DNA from: Antedon mediterranea | Taxonomy: Eukaryota > Animalia > Echinodermata | Assembly (NCBI RefSeq): GCF_964355755.1 | Contig: NC_092672.1 | Coordinates: 38,384,437 to 38,448,436 of the forward strand | DNA: 64,000 nt | Reading direction: 5' to 3' | Shown: one piece after another, positions 25,401 through 36,520 of the stretch | Numbering within the stretch: position 1 is the first letter of the stretch | Layout of the letters: each line of letters begins with the position of its first letter | Position numbers and translations under genes: made by a program | Notes under the pieces: model-generated | Seen by the model: the letters and a program-made list of their open reading frames with translations, nothing else | What the model was told of the DNA's origin: nothing | Database searches by the model: none

Positions 25401-28400
25401 GTGGTAAACTGTTCATCATTGATGGACCGCAGTATCTAATACTGTTTTGAAAATAATTGGTGTTGTGGATAGGTATGTGTATATCAGTTCTAGAACGTGT
25501 AGGGTAATTGTGAATAGAAAAATTCGGAATAAACATATTGTTTAAATGATTTGGAGAAGTGGAATGCAGGGCAGAGAATACAAATTTGCCTTGTTGCATT
25601 AAGTTTATATCAATGAGTTTGAGGAGATTAAGTTTGGAAAATAAATAGGAAGAATGGGACCGCGGTGGAGCGCCAGATATAATCCTGATAGCCTTCTTTT
25701 GTATAATTTGCAGTTTACTGAGGTTGGATACGTAAGTATTGGCCCAGACAATGTTACAGTAGCTCAAATAGGGAAGAATGAGGGAGCAGTAAAGGGTTCG
25801 AAGAATATTAAGGGGTACAAATGACTATCAAACTACTTTGCCAAAAAAAGTGTGCTGTGCCCAAATATGGTAGTGATATGCTTAAATATGGTAGTGCTTA
25901 GTATGACATCATCATGTCCATATAGTTTGATAGTGTAGACAGAGCTTAAGATAAACATAATTTCTATGTATATTTTATATGCAAATGACAATAAATAGAA
26001 GTAATTTTCCATTGATGAATTAATGACTGAATGTAATGTAACATAATAATGTTATTTGCTTGCTAAGCAGCATGAGTACCTTCGCCAATGTACACCAAAG
26101 CTGAACTGAACATTGGCTCATAATGTTCAGTATGAATAGAGTCGGTTCCAACATCAGACTCACCAACAGGCTTCTTCAAGTACATGTATTCTGGCAAGCC
26201 GCTGGTGACCTCACTGGCAACACCGCTATCAACCGTTTTTGATCTCTTCTGCTTCGACGATCTCTTCCTGCGAGGTCTTTTTGACAGCTTTGTCGATGTC
26301 ACTGAGCCATCTGTAGTAGAAGATCTCCTGTACACGTACGAGGAGCGAGACGGTGGGGGCATTGGTGGGTAATCTTGAGGGCCAAAACTTGTATCTAGTT
26401 CATGCATAATATCAATCGTTACCATGGAATCATTGTCACTAATCTTTTCGGATTTTGAGTATTTCTTATGAAAATTACTGACATCTGATAGAGTTCTGTG
26501 TATTCGTTGCTGAATCAATCCATTTTCATCTTCTATATTTCTACTCTGTATACTCTCTATTTCATGTATATCTTCTAAGGTGTGCTCGTCAGAAACCAAA
26601 CTTTTTCCTGATGCAGATAAGCCCTCAGTATCCGAGTACTGTAGTGATTCATCACCGTCATTGGAATAACCAACATCATCTTCCTCCTCAACCTGATTGT
26701 AAGATCTTTCTTCCGTAACTTCAAAATCATAATCTGCTGTAGTATCAGAATGTAAACTAGGTGACATAGTTCTTTGAAAACTTTCTGCTGTGTTATTTAT
26801 CTTTTGTGACTTATTCTTGCTACTAAAGCTGCTGATAGACTGATTGTCAAGTGATCGACTGTGGTCTAGTGTTTTGCCATCTTTCAATGATTGGACTAAG
26901 TCATCTACGAGGCAGAATTTAAAAGACAAACATCATAGGCAAAACTGTGCTAGTATTAGTATTAGTATTTAGTGTTCATTATAAGTGAGTGCTAAATACA
27001 GTAGTTAGTATTTGACTACAAATATACACATTTATCATTATACATTCATTAGTGTACATGCAAATATACAAGAAGAATATACAAACAATATATATATACA
27101 ATTGAATAATATAATCAATAAAAATATTCATAAAGAAAAAATATAGACAAGAAAAAACAAATTACAATATTAACATATATATAATATAATACTTGTTTAT
27201 ACTGAACAATGTTATAGTTCAGTAAAATGTATAAAAAACTCACTTTGTTTAGGTGGGTTCTTTGCTTTAATTGAGTTAGTTCCTTTCTTCTTTTGAAGTT
27301 TGATAGATTTTGTCTTTCTTGACACACCTTCTTGATTACCTAAACAAATAGAGTACAGTAAGATCTCTTTAATACCTTATTTACTCTACCAAATCATTTC
27401 ATGCATTTTTAATATTTTTAAACAGTACTTGTGTTTGCTATGAATAATTTGTATAAAAAAGAACATTGCTTATCAGGGCCGTAACCAGCATGATGCAAAT
27501 GAGGCGCTGGAAAATATTTTGCATCTCATTAAATAACTTTATTTCATCAATATTAATTTGTAATATACCAGGACTTGAAGACTCCTCTTTCAAAAGTGTT
27601 TCTGCAAATTGCATAGCTCTCCTGTGTGACATGTTTTCTGCTATAGCCTCTTCTGGACTGCCTGACCCCAGACCAGTATCGATCGTACTCTCTAGAGAGC
27701 GCTGTTTTCTATCTAAAATCAAATCACAAAATGCATCGTCATAACTAACATCATTGATAAATAAAAATGCGGTGAAATCACCAAAATGAACATAATGTTT
27801 GTAATAATTTAATTGGAGAATAAAATTGTCACTTTATGGCATTATTAGTTGTAATTTTGTACCCAGGGGGCCCCGGGAGACCAGTCTTGTTCACTGATTG
27901 GGCCACACGGGTAAAATATTGAAAATAACATCCAACAAGGTATAAGCTAAAATTATAATACTTTACTACTAATAGTATTTTGTATTCATGTGTTTCCCAG
28001 ACAATCTGCTAAATATTTACCTTTCCTCTTCTTAAGTTGGCCGGTGCTGTTTTGTGAAGTTGATACTGGTGACTGTTTTGACTCCTTTTTATCACTGGAT
28101 TGTACAACTGGATAGGTCTATCGATAATAATGTTTTATATTGTACACATTTGAAAATCAAAGAAAAAAATAAAATTTTGTTTAAATAGCAGTTTTTGTGT
28201 TTAAATTGTTATCAAATTTGTATCCCTCCTTCACTGTTTCCAACATCTTTTTTCCATCAGGGACACAATAACTATATCCTCTTTATATAAATCATACATT
28301 TTATTGTTTCTTAGACCACAACAAATATTGTGAGTGGCACAGATTCAAAGGTCAATAAATAAATAAATAACAATAAATTATTTCTGAAATATGGCTGTAC

Positions 28401-29846
28401 CTGGCTGATGAGTGCATTGAGTTCCTTATCAATGCTGTCCAGTATGAAATCAGTATGGTCAACATTGACCTTTTTGACCTCTACTCCATATTCACTTTCA
28501 TCACTAAATTCAGATTCTTCTTCTTCTTCATTAGTTGATGCTTCCTCCTTGCTTTTATCTTGCTCCTCTTCATCCGTCAAGACATGGTCACTCTCAGAAT
28601 GTATTTCTGGAAAACAGTTTTCAATCATGTTAAATTGTTATCAGATTTATCAAGTAAGTAAGTAAGTAATATTTATTGCTCTCCAAGAACAGTACAAATT
28701 TATAAAACAGTATAATGTAAATGAAATAAAAAGAGAAACATTAAATATAATAAAACAAGACTAAACTAGAAAATAAGCATGGAAAGCAGGGGATGGCCCT
28801 TTAAGCCCAGAGGCTTGTTTCCAAAGGGGTTATTTCCTAAATGAATAATTAATTAACTGTTAAACTGTGTTGGAAAAGCATCATTAATGACAATAATAAT
28901 GACTATGAATGTACTTTTAAGTTGTATTATCTAAAGCTCTGTCTGACACTATCAAACTTTATGTGACAAAAAAAGTGATGTGCCCAAATATGGACATGAT
29001 GATATATCACTACCATCTTTGGGCATACCACTACCATTTTGGACACATCACACTTTTTTGTCACATAAAGTTTGATAGTGTAGACAAGGCTTTAGTAATA
29101 ATAGCATGACAAATGAGGTTGATGCCAATTAAAATAAAGATTTCATTAAATAATGAAGGTGGTTGCAGTGGTTATATTGATCTCAATTAGTTGTAATGAT
29201 AATTATACATTGTGACTAGAACAAAAATGATGACAACAATAATATTATCTGGCTAACAATGAAACGACTCCTCCTATTGACATTTGCTGCACTGATGGGA
29301 ACAATATTATTTGATACTGCAGTACTTCATGGTGAACTCTACAATATTATTACTACATCTTACACACTGGCATAGTTTATTTTTAGAGTCAGTACATCAA
29401 AGTCGTCACACATTTTCAATCCACTCACATGTGGCTCATATCATCTAATAACTGATCACTTAAACTAATTTTACACTTGACTGACTTTAGACAACACCAA
29501 CTGAAATATTACACTAACTTAATTCCACAAAACTGTATTTTAGCTGTTTTCGTTTTCTTAAAAAGCCCACTATTAAAACAATGTAATGTACAATCTACTA
29601 CCTGCATTTGGTAATCTACTACCTGCATTTGGTCACTTTTTATTTTAAAGATGGCAAATCCAGAATTGTATAATGGATTGTGGTAAATTGTCAAAAATCA
29701 CATATTTAATCACAATAGATTGAGAGATTGAAGAGATCCAAAAATAAGCAGGATGTCCATGTAATTGATGTAAATGTGAATATTCTCATACCTTCTGTTA
29801 CTTCTTCCTCTTCACTCCATTCAGCCTCTGCATCAGATATTTCCAT
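1460..29846 (-). CDS. Unnamed protein with acidic/Ser-rich N-terminus and long C-terminal coiled coil; 21 exons in window, 3' end beyond window start
   Basis: Phase-consistent GT-AG exons: 29792-29846 (ATG, MEISDAEAEWSEEEEVTE), 28401-28606, 28021-28117, 27569-27712, 27244-27339, 26080-26904, 23132-23359, 22691-22789, 22118-22219, 18623-18743, 7291-7435, 7085-7162, 5863-5975, 4735-4900, 4318-4488, 3752-3868, 3216-3530, 2804-2899, 2497-2598, 1922-2104, 1460-1591. Total 3591 nt (1197 codons), no stop; the last exon ends in a donor. Exons from 7162 downward are E/K/Q/L-rich coiled-coil sequence. Family not recognised. Confidence 0.82.
2223..2510. repeat. 48-bp tandem repeat x6 spanning an exon/intron junction
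   Basis: Unit CCATGTTAGTGATTAGCCAGATTAATGTTATTACCTGGTCAAGTGCCT at 2223, 2271, 2319, 2367, 2415, 2463. Confidence 0.95.
5027..5690 (+). mobile_element. HINE/DINE-1-like (Helentron-associated) non-autonomous element
   Basis: Subterminal inverted repeats TACCTCCGCC (5031-5040) / GGCGGAGGTA (5655-5664), (GTTT/GTCT)n microsatellite near the 5' end, stem-loop CACTCTCAGAGTG, ends CTAGTT. Confidence 0.65.
8081..11276 (-). CDS. Giant exon (~1040-1065 aa) with ITPRID/KRAP(SSFA2)/TESPA1-like IP3R-interacting motif, nested in an intron of the coiled-coil gene
   Basis: 3.2-kb open frame with acceptor gttttcag| at 11276 (phase 2). It ends either at stop 8081 (AATAAA at 8010-8015) or at donor CTG|gtaatg at 8153 (phase 0). 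The run SVAEWV...ELPLEARYL...SEEILMDLGFGG..TGVPERF resembles the KRAP_IP3R_bind core (PEEILxxLGFG...IPxRF) as I recall it. Coding status is solid; the family call is moderate. Confidence 0.8.
11358..13904 (+). mobile_element. Non-autonomous Helitron, copy 1
   Basis: a|TC 5' end, CTAG|t 3' end, no TSD, terminal hairpin CTAGATGGTACGC..GCGTGCCATCTAG; 5' ~1 kb and 3' end shared with 30682-32719; internal duplication (~11632-11937 repeated at ~12391-12751). Confidence 0.85.
14417..14540 (+). mobile_element. Truncated, internally deleted 5' fragment of the same Helitron
   Basis: a|TCTATATATAAATTTAGGGC...GTTGGTTCGTAC joined directly to GATAATTGTTTTTAATAGCTG (TAC microhomology); no 3' hairpin seen. 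Confidence 0.75.
14843..14859 (-). CDS. Candidate alternative first coding exon (MAMDR) for the giant exon
   Basis: accATGGCAATGGACAGGCG|gtaagtg: good Kozak context, consensus donor, phase 2 matching acceptors at 11276 and 7435. Confidence 0.5.
16090..16229. repeat. 36-bp minisatellite, ~4 copies
   Basis: AACATGAATTTAAGAGCAAAAATAGGTCTAACATTG. Confidence 0.95.
16833..17401. repeat. 71-bp minisatellite x8
   Basis: AAATGGTAGGTTGGGTGGAGAGAGAGATAAAACCTACTACATCACTGATGCTATTGATTATAGTGCACAAC, near-identical copies. Confidence 0.95.
17934..18022 (-). CDS. Second candidate alternative first coding exon (MCISVGTFECYFEYEKPITVHVTVISPSV)
   Basis: 89 nt open from ATG to a consensus CAG|gtaagt donor; phase 2 matches acceptors at 11276 and 7435. 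Confidence 0.4.
18292..18406. repeat. ~39-bp tandem repeat x3
   Basis: GTCCGATATTGGGAGAGTTGACTGTATAATAATAATGAT. Confidence 0.85.
18980..18985 (-). CDS. Candidate 6-nt microexon (TTGCAG) of the coiled-coil gene
   Basis: attatttttag|TTGCAG|gtaaga with a T-rich tract upstream; frame-preserving between phase-1 exons 22118-22219 and 18623-18743. Confidence 0.35.
20940..21203. repeat. Degenerate tandem duplication with ~24-bp subunits
   Basis: ATGTCTTTAAATAATGAATTGCCT repeated inside a ~108-bp duplication. Confidence 0.75.
21243..21363. mobile_element. MITE family copy (partial)
   Basis: Right TIR and body of the AGCTCTGTCTACACTATCAAACT family. Confidence 0.7.
22425..22558 (+). repeat. G-rich ~31-bp tandem repeat with G-quadruplex potential
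   Basis: (GGGGGAGGGGAGGGGCTGGTGGGGGAGGGTAA) about four copies. Confidence 0.85.
24893..25946. mobile_element. Harbinger/Tourist-type MITE split by the LINE insertion
   Basis: TAA|AGCTCTGTCTACACTAT ... GTGTAGACAGAGCT|TAA; the body resumes at 25824. Confidence 0.8.
24910..25823 (-). mobile_element. 5'-truncated LINE (CR1/L2/Daphne-like RT C-terminus plus 3' UTR) inserted in a MITE
   Basis: LYCSLILPYLSYCNIVWA...LQIIQKKAIRII...SHSSYLFSKLNLL...SIRYCGP; AATAAA and (TTGAA)n tail at ~24910-24940; ACTAT duplicated at 24905-24909 and 25824-25828. Confidence 0.8.
26080..26904 (-). CDS. 825-nt internal exon of the coiled-coil gene (acidic, Ser-rich, basic cluster KRPRRKRSSKQKR)
   Basis: Within ORF 26063..26929; acceptor tcgtag| at 26904, donor GAAG|gtactc at 26080; phase 1->1. 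Confidence 0.85.
28935..29091. mobile_element. MITE family copy
   Basis: Both TIRs, flanked by TAA/TTA. Confidence 0.8.
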
Positions 29847-30419
29847 CTTTCAATTCAAGTCCATTCAACTGAAAATAAAACAAAATGTTAATAATCTTTA
29901 GATTCATCATCAAAATACACTCAGTACCAAATCACTTACTATAACTTTATTATATTCAATAAATGAACAAAAGAATATTCAGATTGATAGTTTATCATCA
30001 ATAAACTTTAACAAATTTGTTTCCTTCTTAAAAGAAGAAAACAGAATATCAGTAAATAAAATATTATGATACTGATATAAATAATCTTTAAGAATGGTCT
30101 CCCATAACTTGTCTGTGTACGGTATCTCACTGAAATTAATAAACATCATGGCAAAACCAATCATATATATATATATATGAATTGTCTTTTGTATATTTTT
30201 TAATCAGGTAATGAAAAGATGATGTCAAATGAAGTGAAAGAAAATGACTTTATTAATGAAAATTACACTTTTTTAGAATATTATATGCAATGTCAAGTGC
30301 ACACAAGCACTATGGTAATGAATAAATTGTCATCGTCTTTATCAATTGTAATGAAAAATATTTCAGATTAAAACAAATCTATTTATTTTATATTGCACAT
30401 GAAGATCTATTAATATAAT

Positions 30420-30670
30420 TGGTGTTAGGTCCTTCATTGATATTACCAGGCTCTATGTTCCACACATCACTACCACAAAAGGTGGACCAAAACTCTGGAA
30501 TGACCTACTAATTTATAATTCTCACCAACACTCAATAAAAAAAAACTTAATCAATGTGTGTGCAGTATTTAATGCCTACAGTAGGATATCCATTAAAGGA
30601 TGGAATAGTTTTTTTTTTTCAATTTTTTTCTCTGATTTATTTGCGTTGTTGTTGTAAATAGAATTTAATA
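30420..30670 (+). mobile_element. Degraded LINE 3' remnant
   Basis: GPKLWNDL-coding stretch at ~30484-30507, typical of CR1/L2-group ORF2 ends. Confidence 0.35.
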
Positions 30671-30681
30671 GAAAATATTAA

Positions 30682-32719
30682 TCTATATATAAATTTACGT
30701 AAGGGCAAAAATCGGTAAATCGTGCGTTATTTCTAGAATGTTTACGCGATGGTATATAAAGTTGGTTCGTACTTTCGGTACTAATTTTAACCACCTGATG
30801 TAACCCTGTTTACTAATTAAATTGAGTTCGATAATTAGTTATTGACGATTAAAACGAATTTAGGTTCAAAGATTTGCCCCAAATAGGGGTGTTTTCCGAT
30901 CGTGGTATACACTGTCTAATGGATGTCAATTTGAAAAATACCCGCACACAATAATACGAGGACGCTTCGCATTTTCCTATCTCCTCCTACGATAATTGTT
31001 TTTAATAGCTGAAAACCGGTTGAACAGTTCGAGTACAGCATCATGATGTTGAAGACAGGCCGATTTTCTTTAAAAAATGCTATTTTGATACATGTAATAT
31101 ACGTTTTTACAAATGTATTGATTTGTGATGAATGGAACATTCCAAATTATTTGGTTTAACCATAGAGGTATAGATTTAGATTTATGGGCCCCCTTGGAGA
31201 ATAAACATAAATAGTATTGCAATGCTGTACAATACTGTTAAGGTATTGTTAGATTATAAACATATAATATACAAATAAATAAACGTTATTACTGACAGTT
31301 GCTTCTCAACGTTTGTATTAATTAATAATTTAAAAATATATAAACGTACGTAGTGGTACGTGTATCGTTACATGTACTTTACTTTTTCAATAGTATGGAA
31401 CGCCGTTTACGCAACATTTTGATGATATGAATTTTATGACGCGATATGTGAATGAAATGCATCGATATGAATTGAATGGCGCGATATATTAATGAAATGT
31501 TTTGAATTGAATGCTTTGAATTGAATGTTTTGAATGAAATGTTTTGAATTGAATGTTTTGAATAAAATGTTTTGAACGAAATGTTTTGAACGAAATGTTT
31601 TGAATGAAATGTTTTGAATGAAATGTTTTGAATGAAATGTTTTGAATGAAATGTTTGAATTGAATTGAAAAGTCAAACTATTGGCGGCGTATGTCATTCC
31701 CGCTCGCGATTTTGTTTTAACCTCTTGGCCCTAAGCCTGGGTACCCTCATCTCCTTTCCACGCTTCATCAATATGGATCCTTTACAAAGAATCCTAACAG
31801 ACCTGAAACATTGGAATACATATTTCCGAACCCAGGTCTGTTAGGATTCTCTGTAAAGGCAGCGTGGAAAGGAGATGAGGGTACCCACGCTTAGGCCTAA
31901 GAGGTTGAGAAAAAAATCGCGAGCGAGAATGACATACGCCACCAATAGTTTGACTTTTCAATTAAATTCAAACATTTCATTCAAAACATTTCATTTAAAA
32001 CATTTAATTCAAAACATTTCATTCAAAACATTTCATTCAAAACATTTCATTCAAAATATTGCATTCAAAACAATTTATTCAAAACATTTCATTCAAAACA
32101 TTTCATTCAAAACATTCAATTCAAAGCATTCAATTCAAAACATTTCATTCATATATCGCGCCATTCAATTCCTATCGATGCATTTCATTCACATATCGCG
32201 TCATAAAATTCATATCATTGAAATGTTGCGTAAACGGCGTTCCATAGTAATAGACTATGACAGTGAGAGTTTTAACAAAGTATTAAATCGTAAATGTTTT
32301 ACTGTATTTAGTGGTATTATTATTTATAGGCCTATAAAACATTTAAAACAATATTTCGTTACTGAGTGGATAAGAATATATTTTAAAATGTTTCCTCTTT
32401 GTACCTATCTTCTTCCCCCATCCCTCAACCCTTAATGTTACATACAAAACACAAATTGGGTTTGTTTAAATGAGTCCAAATAAAAAAATTTGACTCATTT
32501 TGTTTCTCTCTCGGAAGTAATTCCCAGGGTGCTAATTTTAGCTGACTACATAAATCATCGTGTATATTTATTCGTTTCTGTAAACGACAATGTATTATAG
32601 TCCTGCAGTACGTACCTTTGAAATCTCCATTTTTTTCTCGCTGGAAAATACTGTGTATTCGAGAACCATCTGTGGGCACGACCTAGATGGTACGCGAGCG
32701 AAGCGAGCGTGCCATCTAG
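30682..32719 (+). mobile_element. Non-autonomous Helitron, copy 2
   Basis: Same a|TCTATATATAAATTTACGTAAGGGC start and GCCATCTAG|t end as copy 1; carries a foldback insertion. Confidence 0.85.
31392..32248. mobile_element. Foldback-like palindromic element with internal 14-bp tandem arrays
   Basis: ~415-bp inverted arms (TATGGAACGCCGTTTACGCAAC.../...GTTGCGTAAACGGCGTTCCATA) and ~27-bp spacer; (TTTTGAATGAAATG)n in both arms; AAT on both sides; absent at the homologous site of Helitron copy 1 (~12190). Confidence 0.85.
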
Positions 32720-33849
32720 TATACATAATTATAGAAAAATAACCAAAAACGTGAGTGAAAGTGATTTAAAACGTTCTATTTGTTGCAATCTACTCCATGT
32801 ACTACCATACAGTAATTCAAACTCTTAAATCTGTTTCTTTATATAATTGAAAATGAAGTAAACATTTCTTCTTGTTAGAGTTTGTTCTATCCTGGTTTTA
32901 TATATATTATCATAAAATCAACCTTCTGTTTGTATCTTTATTCTGCTTATCTTAAATACTGTACATACTTAAGTTAGAACATGTCGTGTATCTTATTTTG
33001 TAGATTACGTATGTTTGAACTTAATTCAAAATCAGGTTACCTGGTAGGTAGGCTTACCTGTCAATACACTGTAATAAGATTACAAAGATTCAAATAACTT
33101 TATCCTTGAAAAGTTGTCAAACAGCACAAATAGAAGGCGTTAAAACTCGATAATCTTTGTCTAAATCAATTAAATCAATATCACTCTAAATACTGTATGG
33201 CCATCACTTTTTTCTGATGATAAGAAATGCATGAAACAATTGAATGAAGGAGTGGACCAATAATATGTAGGAACATCGCTGCAGGGATAACGCTATATCA
33301 GCCTCCCACTGCTTTCTGGTAATCATATTTCTTTATGTTTTATCTACAGCATAGCATCACAATTAAGCCCAGCCCATACTTTAATAAACTCACCACAAAA
33401 ACTTAAAATAAACTTTACATTGTATGGTGTGTGTATCTTTTTTTTTAATTATAAACATTATCTACAAAAAACAAAAAACAAATATTAAACCTGAGATTTA
33501 CTGAAATATTACATAAGTTTGAATAACTTTCTTAATAGTGCGTATAATAACTAATGTTTAAAAATAAACACCTTTTTTATTTACACTTATTAAACCTTTA
33601 CTTTTTTTGTTTTGATTGAACTTTATTATTATGAAGTAGAAATGCAACATAATAGTCTTACTGGAAGAGAACACACATAATTTGAAAGCATTCTAATATT
33701 AATGCCTTTGCCGATCTTATTTCTAAGTCATAGACTAAATATATCAAGCCGGTTTTCACAACCTCCAGATTGGAACAGTAACCAAATATCGGTGTAATCA
33801 AATTTGTTACATAAGTTGAAAAATGTTGATATGAAATAAAACAAAACAA

Positions 33850-34120
33850 CTTACCTAGAACTTCTTTTGTATTTAAGAATCAAAGAATTGTGATCATACT
33901 AGATTTCCTTTAAATTTGTATAGGCGTTTTTTTTTCAAATGTGTATCATCTCGCGTTACCCATGTCTGTAAGTTGACAGTCTATTTGACACGTCTACTGA
34001 CCTTGTATTAATACGATGACTGTGATCGCACCGAGAGAGCTTACCAGGGTGGCGGCCAATTCAACATAAATCCAACTGTATTTGATGAATTATGTTGAAT
34101 TGCCCGCCAAAACCCTATTT
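33850..34120 (-). promoter_or_regulatory. Probable promoter / non-coding first exon of the coiled-coil gene
   Basis: Donor TAG|gtaagt at ~33856, CpG cluster and GGCGGCCAAT at ~34051; the ATG exon has an acceptor at 29868, so an upstream UTR exon is required. Confidence 0.4.
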
Positions 34121-35133
34121 TGTTATTGTAAGTACCGTATATATATAAGTATGATATACTAAAAATACTACAATAAGAAAAACCACTGAAAAATAATACT
34201 GTACGTATAAACATTTCAAATGAAAGGAAAAAGAAGTAAACAAACAATTTTACCTGCGTAAATTAAAGTAAGGTAAATATTTCTTCTTTCTTAACCAGTC
34301 TAAAGAACAGCAACAAATTTACTGAAATGTCGATACAATCTCTATTGCAGAATCTCAAGCCACAACAATCTTCAACAACTTCAAAATATTGTGTTATTTT
34401 AAAATTGAAAGATCAAACTGTATTACTACACACAGCAACCTCTTGACTCTGACGGTATATTGATCTAATTCTAAAATTTGAATCTGAGCGGTTACCTCCA
34501 ATTCCTACAAGGTAAATATTGAACTGACGTTGAGCAAACAAAGCATTCTACACCTGATGAAAGAGATTTACGCTGGATGGTTGCTTGTTAGTTTGAACAA
34601 ACAATGTTCTGATTAGATAGTTGATAGTTAAACTATTAGCAGTTTCTGATTTTTAAAGCAAATTGTTAAATTGATAATTTCTTATTTGGTGATTTAGGTC
34701 ATTGTTGGTTCTGGTTGGATATTCTTTTGAGGTTTAATCATTATTTCCAATAGTATTTACTTATTTATATCAGTCTTTGACCCTTAAACATTACTAACTA
34801 AATAATTAATATCAACTTTAATCTACAATCATAAAGATAATAGGCCTGTACCATCTTGAAAAGGTCATTTTGTAGTTATAATACAGTTACAGAAAATTCA
34901 CTTTCACCAAATTAACACAAAAAAAATGTTATCACTTATAAAAAAACAAAAAAAACCATTACTACACACATTTATATAAATAAATAATAATTTTGGTTAA
35001 AGTGAATAACTATTTTATGACATTAAAATATATACAAAACAAAAATTGTAATATAATTTTTTAGAGGAACAATATATCTTTAAAGTGCATAGCAGAATAT
35101 AAAATGAACAAACTCATACTATATAATTATACC

Positions 35134-35147
35134 GTTTCCATAGCAAC
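35134..35147. promoter_or_regulatory. RFX X-box-like motif GTTTCCATAGCAAC
   Basis: Close match to the palindromic X-box GTTNCCATRGNAAC, ~1.2 kb upstream of the putative first exon of the coiled-coil gene. Confidence 0.35.
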
Positions 35148-35878
35148 CAAACGCATCATCCTAGAATGTGATAATCACAATAAATTTAAATCAGTTTGCT
35201 GGACTATTGATGTGGAGTAGCCCCAGGCTGCATCTTGTCAGAAGGTAACTGTACTATCTTGCTGTCTTGCTGTACAATATAGTTCCACAAGAGAGTAGGC
35301 TTATTATTAATATTATTATCAGTCCACATGTAATCAATGCGCCACAGTGTTTGCCAAGCTACAAAACAGGATTTGAGGCATCTTTTGTGCTGGCTTTATA
35401 GTACAAATTTACATAGCAATACAGTAATGCATTAAATGATATCAACGGTTTAAAGATCAGTATGTAATATCTTGATTACGTTTGTCTATGCAATTTTATT
35501 CGCTTTTATTTAACATTTGACAAGTCGGCATTTGAATAAAAGTAAAAATATGTGAAAGAGGATGTCTGCGGTAATATTAAAATAGTAATAAAAATGCGAA
35601 ATGTGTTTCTGCTCGGGATTAACAAATGTTTGGGGTCAAGTGAGGGTCAAGCGAGGACCACATTTGAAGTGTTTTGTAAGCTTTATGTCAGATTTACGAT
35701 TCCATTTTATGTTTGAATTAAACTATTGAATTAAATATCAAACAAGTACTTATTTTGGTCTTTAGGATTTTAGTTTAAGAATCTTGATTATAATTATGAC
35801 ATCATTATCCTTGTCAATTCAGCAGGTAACGTTAGATATAAATACAGATCATGTTATTCAACTATTTATTTTGTTAAT

Positions 35879-35970
35879 CTCTGTCTACACTATCAAACTT
35901 TATGTGAAAAAAATATATGGACCTTGATGATGTCATATCCGAAAATATATTATGTTTGATAGTGTATAGA
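35879..35970. mobile_element. MITE family copy (degenerate)
   Basis: CTCTGTCTACACTATCAAAC ... GTTTGATAGTGTATAGAG. Confidence 0.65.
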
Positions 35971-36099
35971 GTGAGATTTTAAAATCGAGCTATATAAATT
36001 AATAATGTTGTAATGTGATGGTTTAAAATTAAATTTAAAAGCAAAGAACAATTCTGATGTCCTTACATAAAACTAAGGTGTAAAACAAGGTGTAATGAA

Positions 36100-36244
36100 T
36101 ATTGATTGGTTGATAATCCCATAGGGCCTACTAAGCAATGGATTATTGATTGGTTGATAATCCCATAGGGCCTACTAAGCAATGGATTATTGATTATTGA
36201 TTGGTTGATAATCCCATAGGGCCTACTAAGCAATGGATTATTGA
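36100..36244. repeat. 44/51-bp tandem repeat x3
   Basis: TTGATTGGTTGATAATCCCATAGGGCCTACTAAGCAATGGATTA. Confidence 0.9.
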
Positions 36245-36393
36245 ACAGTTATTCTATTTATATGGTCTTACTACGTGAGAATAGACTAAATACCATGACA
36301 ATAGCACAGAGGTGAAACTGAAATCTAAAATATCAACAATTTATAAACAGGTAAACAAATGTAGAAAATTAATTACCAACTAACTACCTTTTA

Positions 36394-36520
36394 AGCTCTG
36401 TCTACACTATTAAACTTTATGTAAAAATGTGATGTGTCCATATATGGGCACGGTGACATTATCACTACCATATTTTGGCACCTCACACATTTTGTGTCAA
36501 AGTAGTTTGATGTGAGAGCA
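36394..36520. mobile_element. MITE family copy
   Basis: Intact left TIR, degenerate right TIR. Confidence 0.7.

Noticed and set aside
31434-32435. ORFs with SFKTFHSKHFIQNI repeats
   Set aside because: Translations of the 14-bp satellite in the foldback arms.
34299-34511. Plus-strand exon-like segment (acceptor, ATG, donor AAG|gtaaat) diverging from the promoter
   Set aside because: The ATG frame stops after ~39 codons and no downstream plus-strand coding exons were found; a non-coding transcript cannot be supported from sequence alone.
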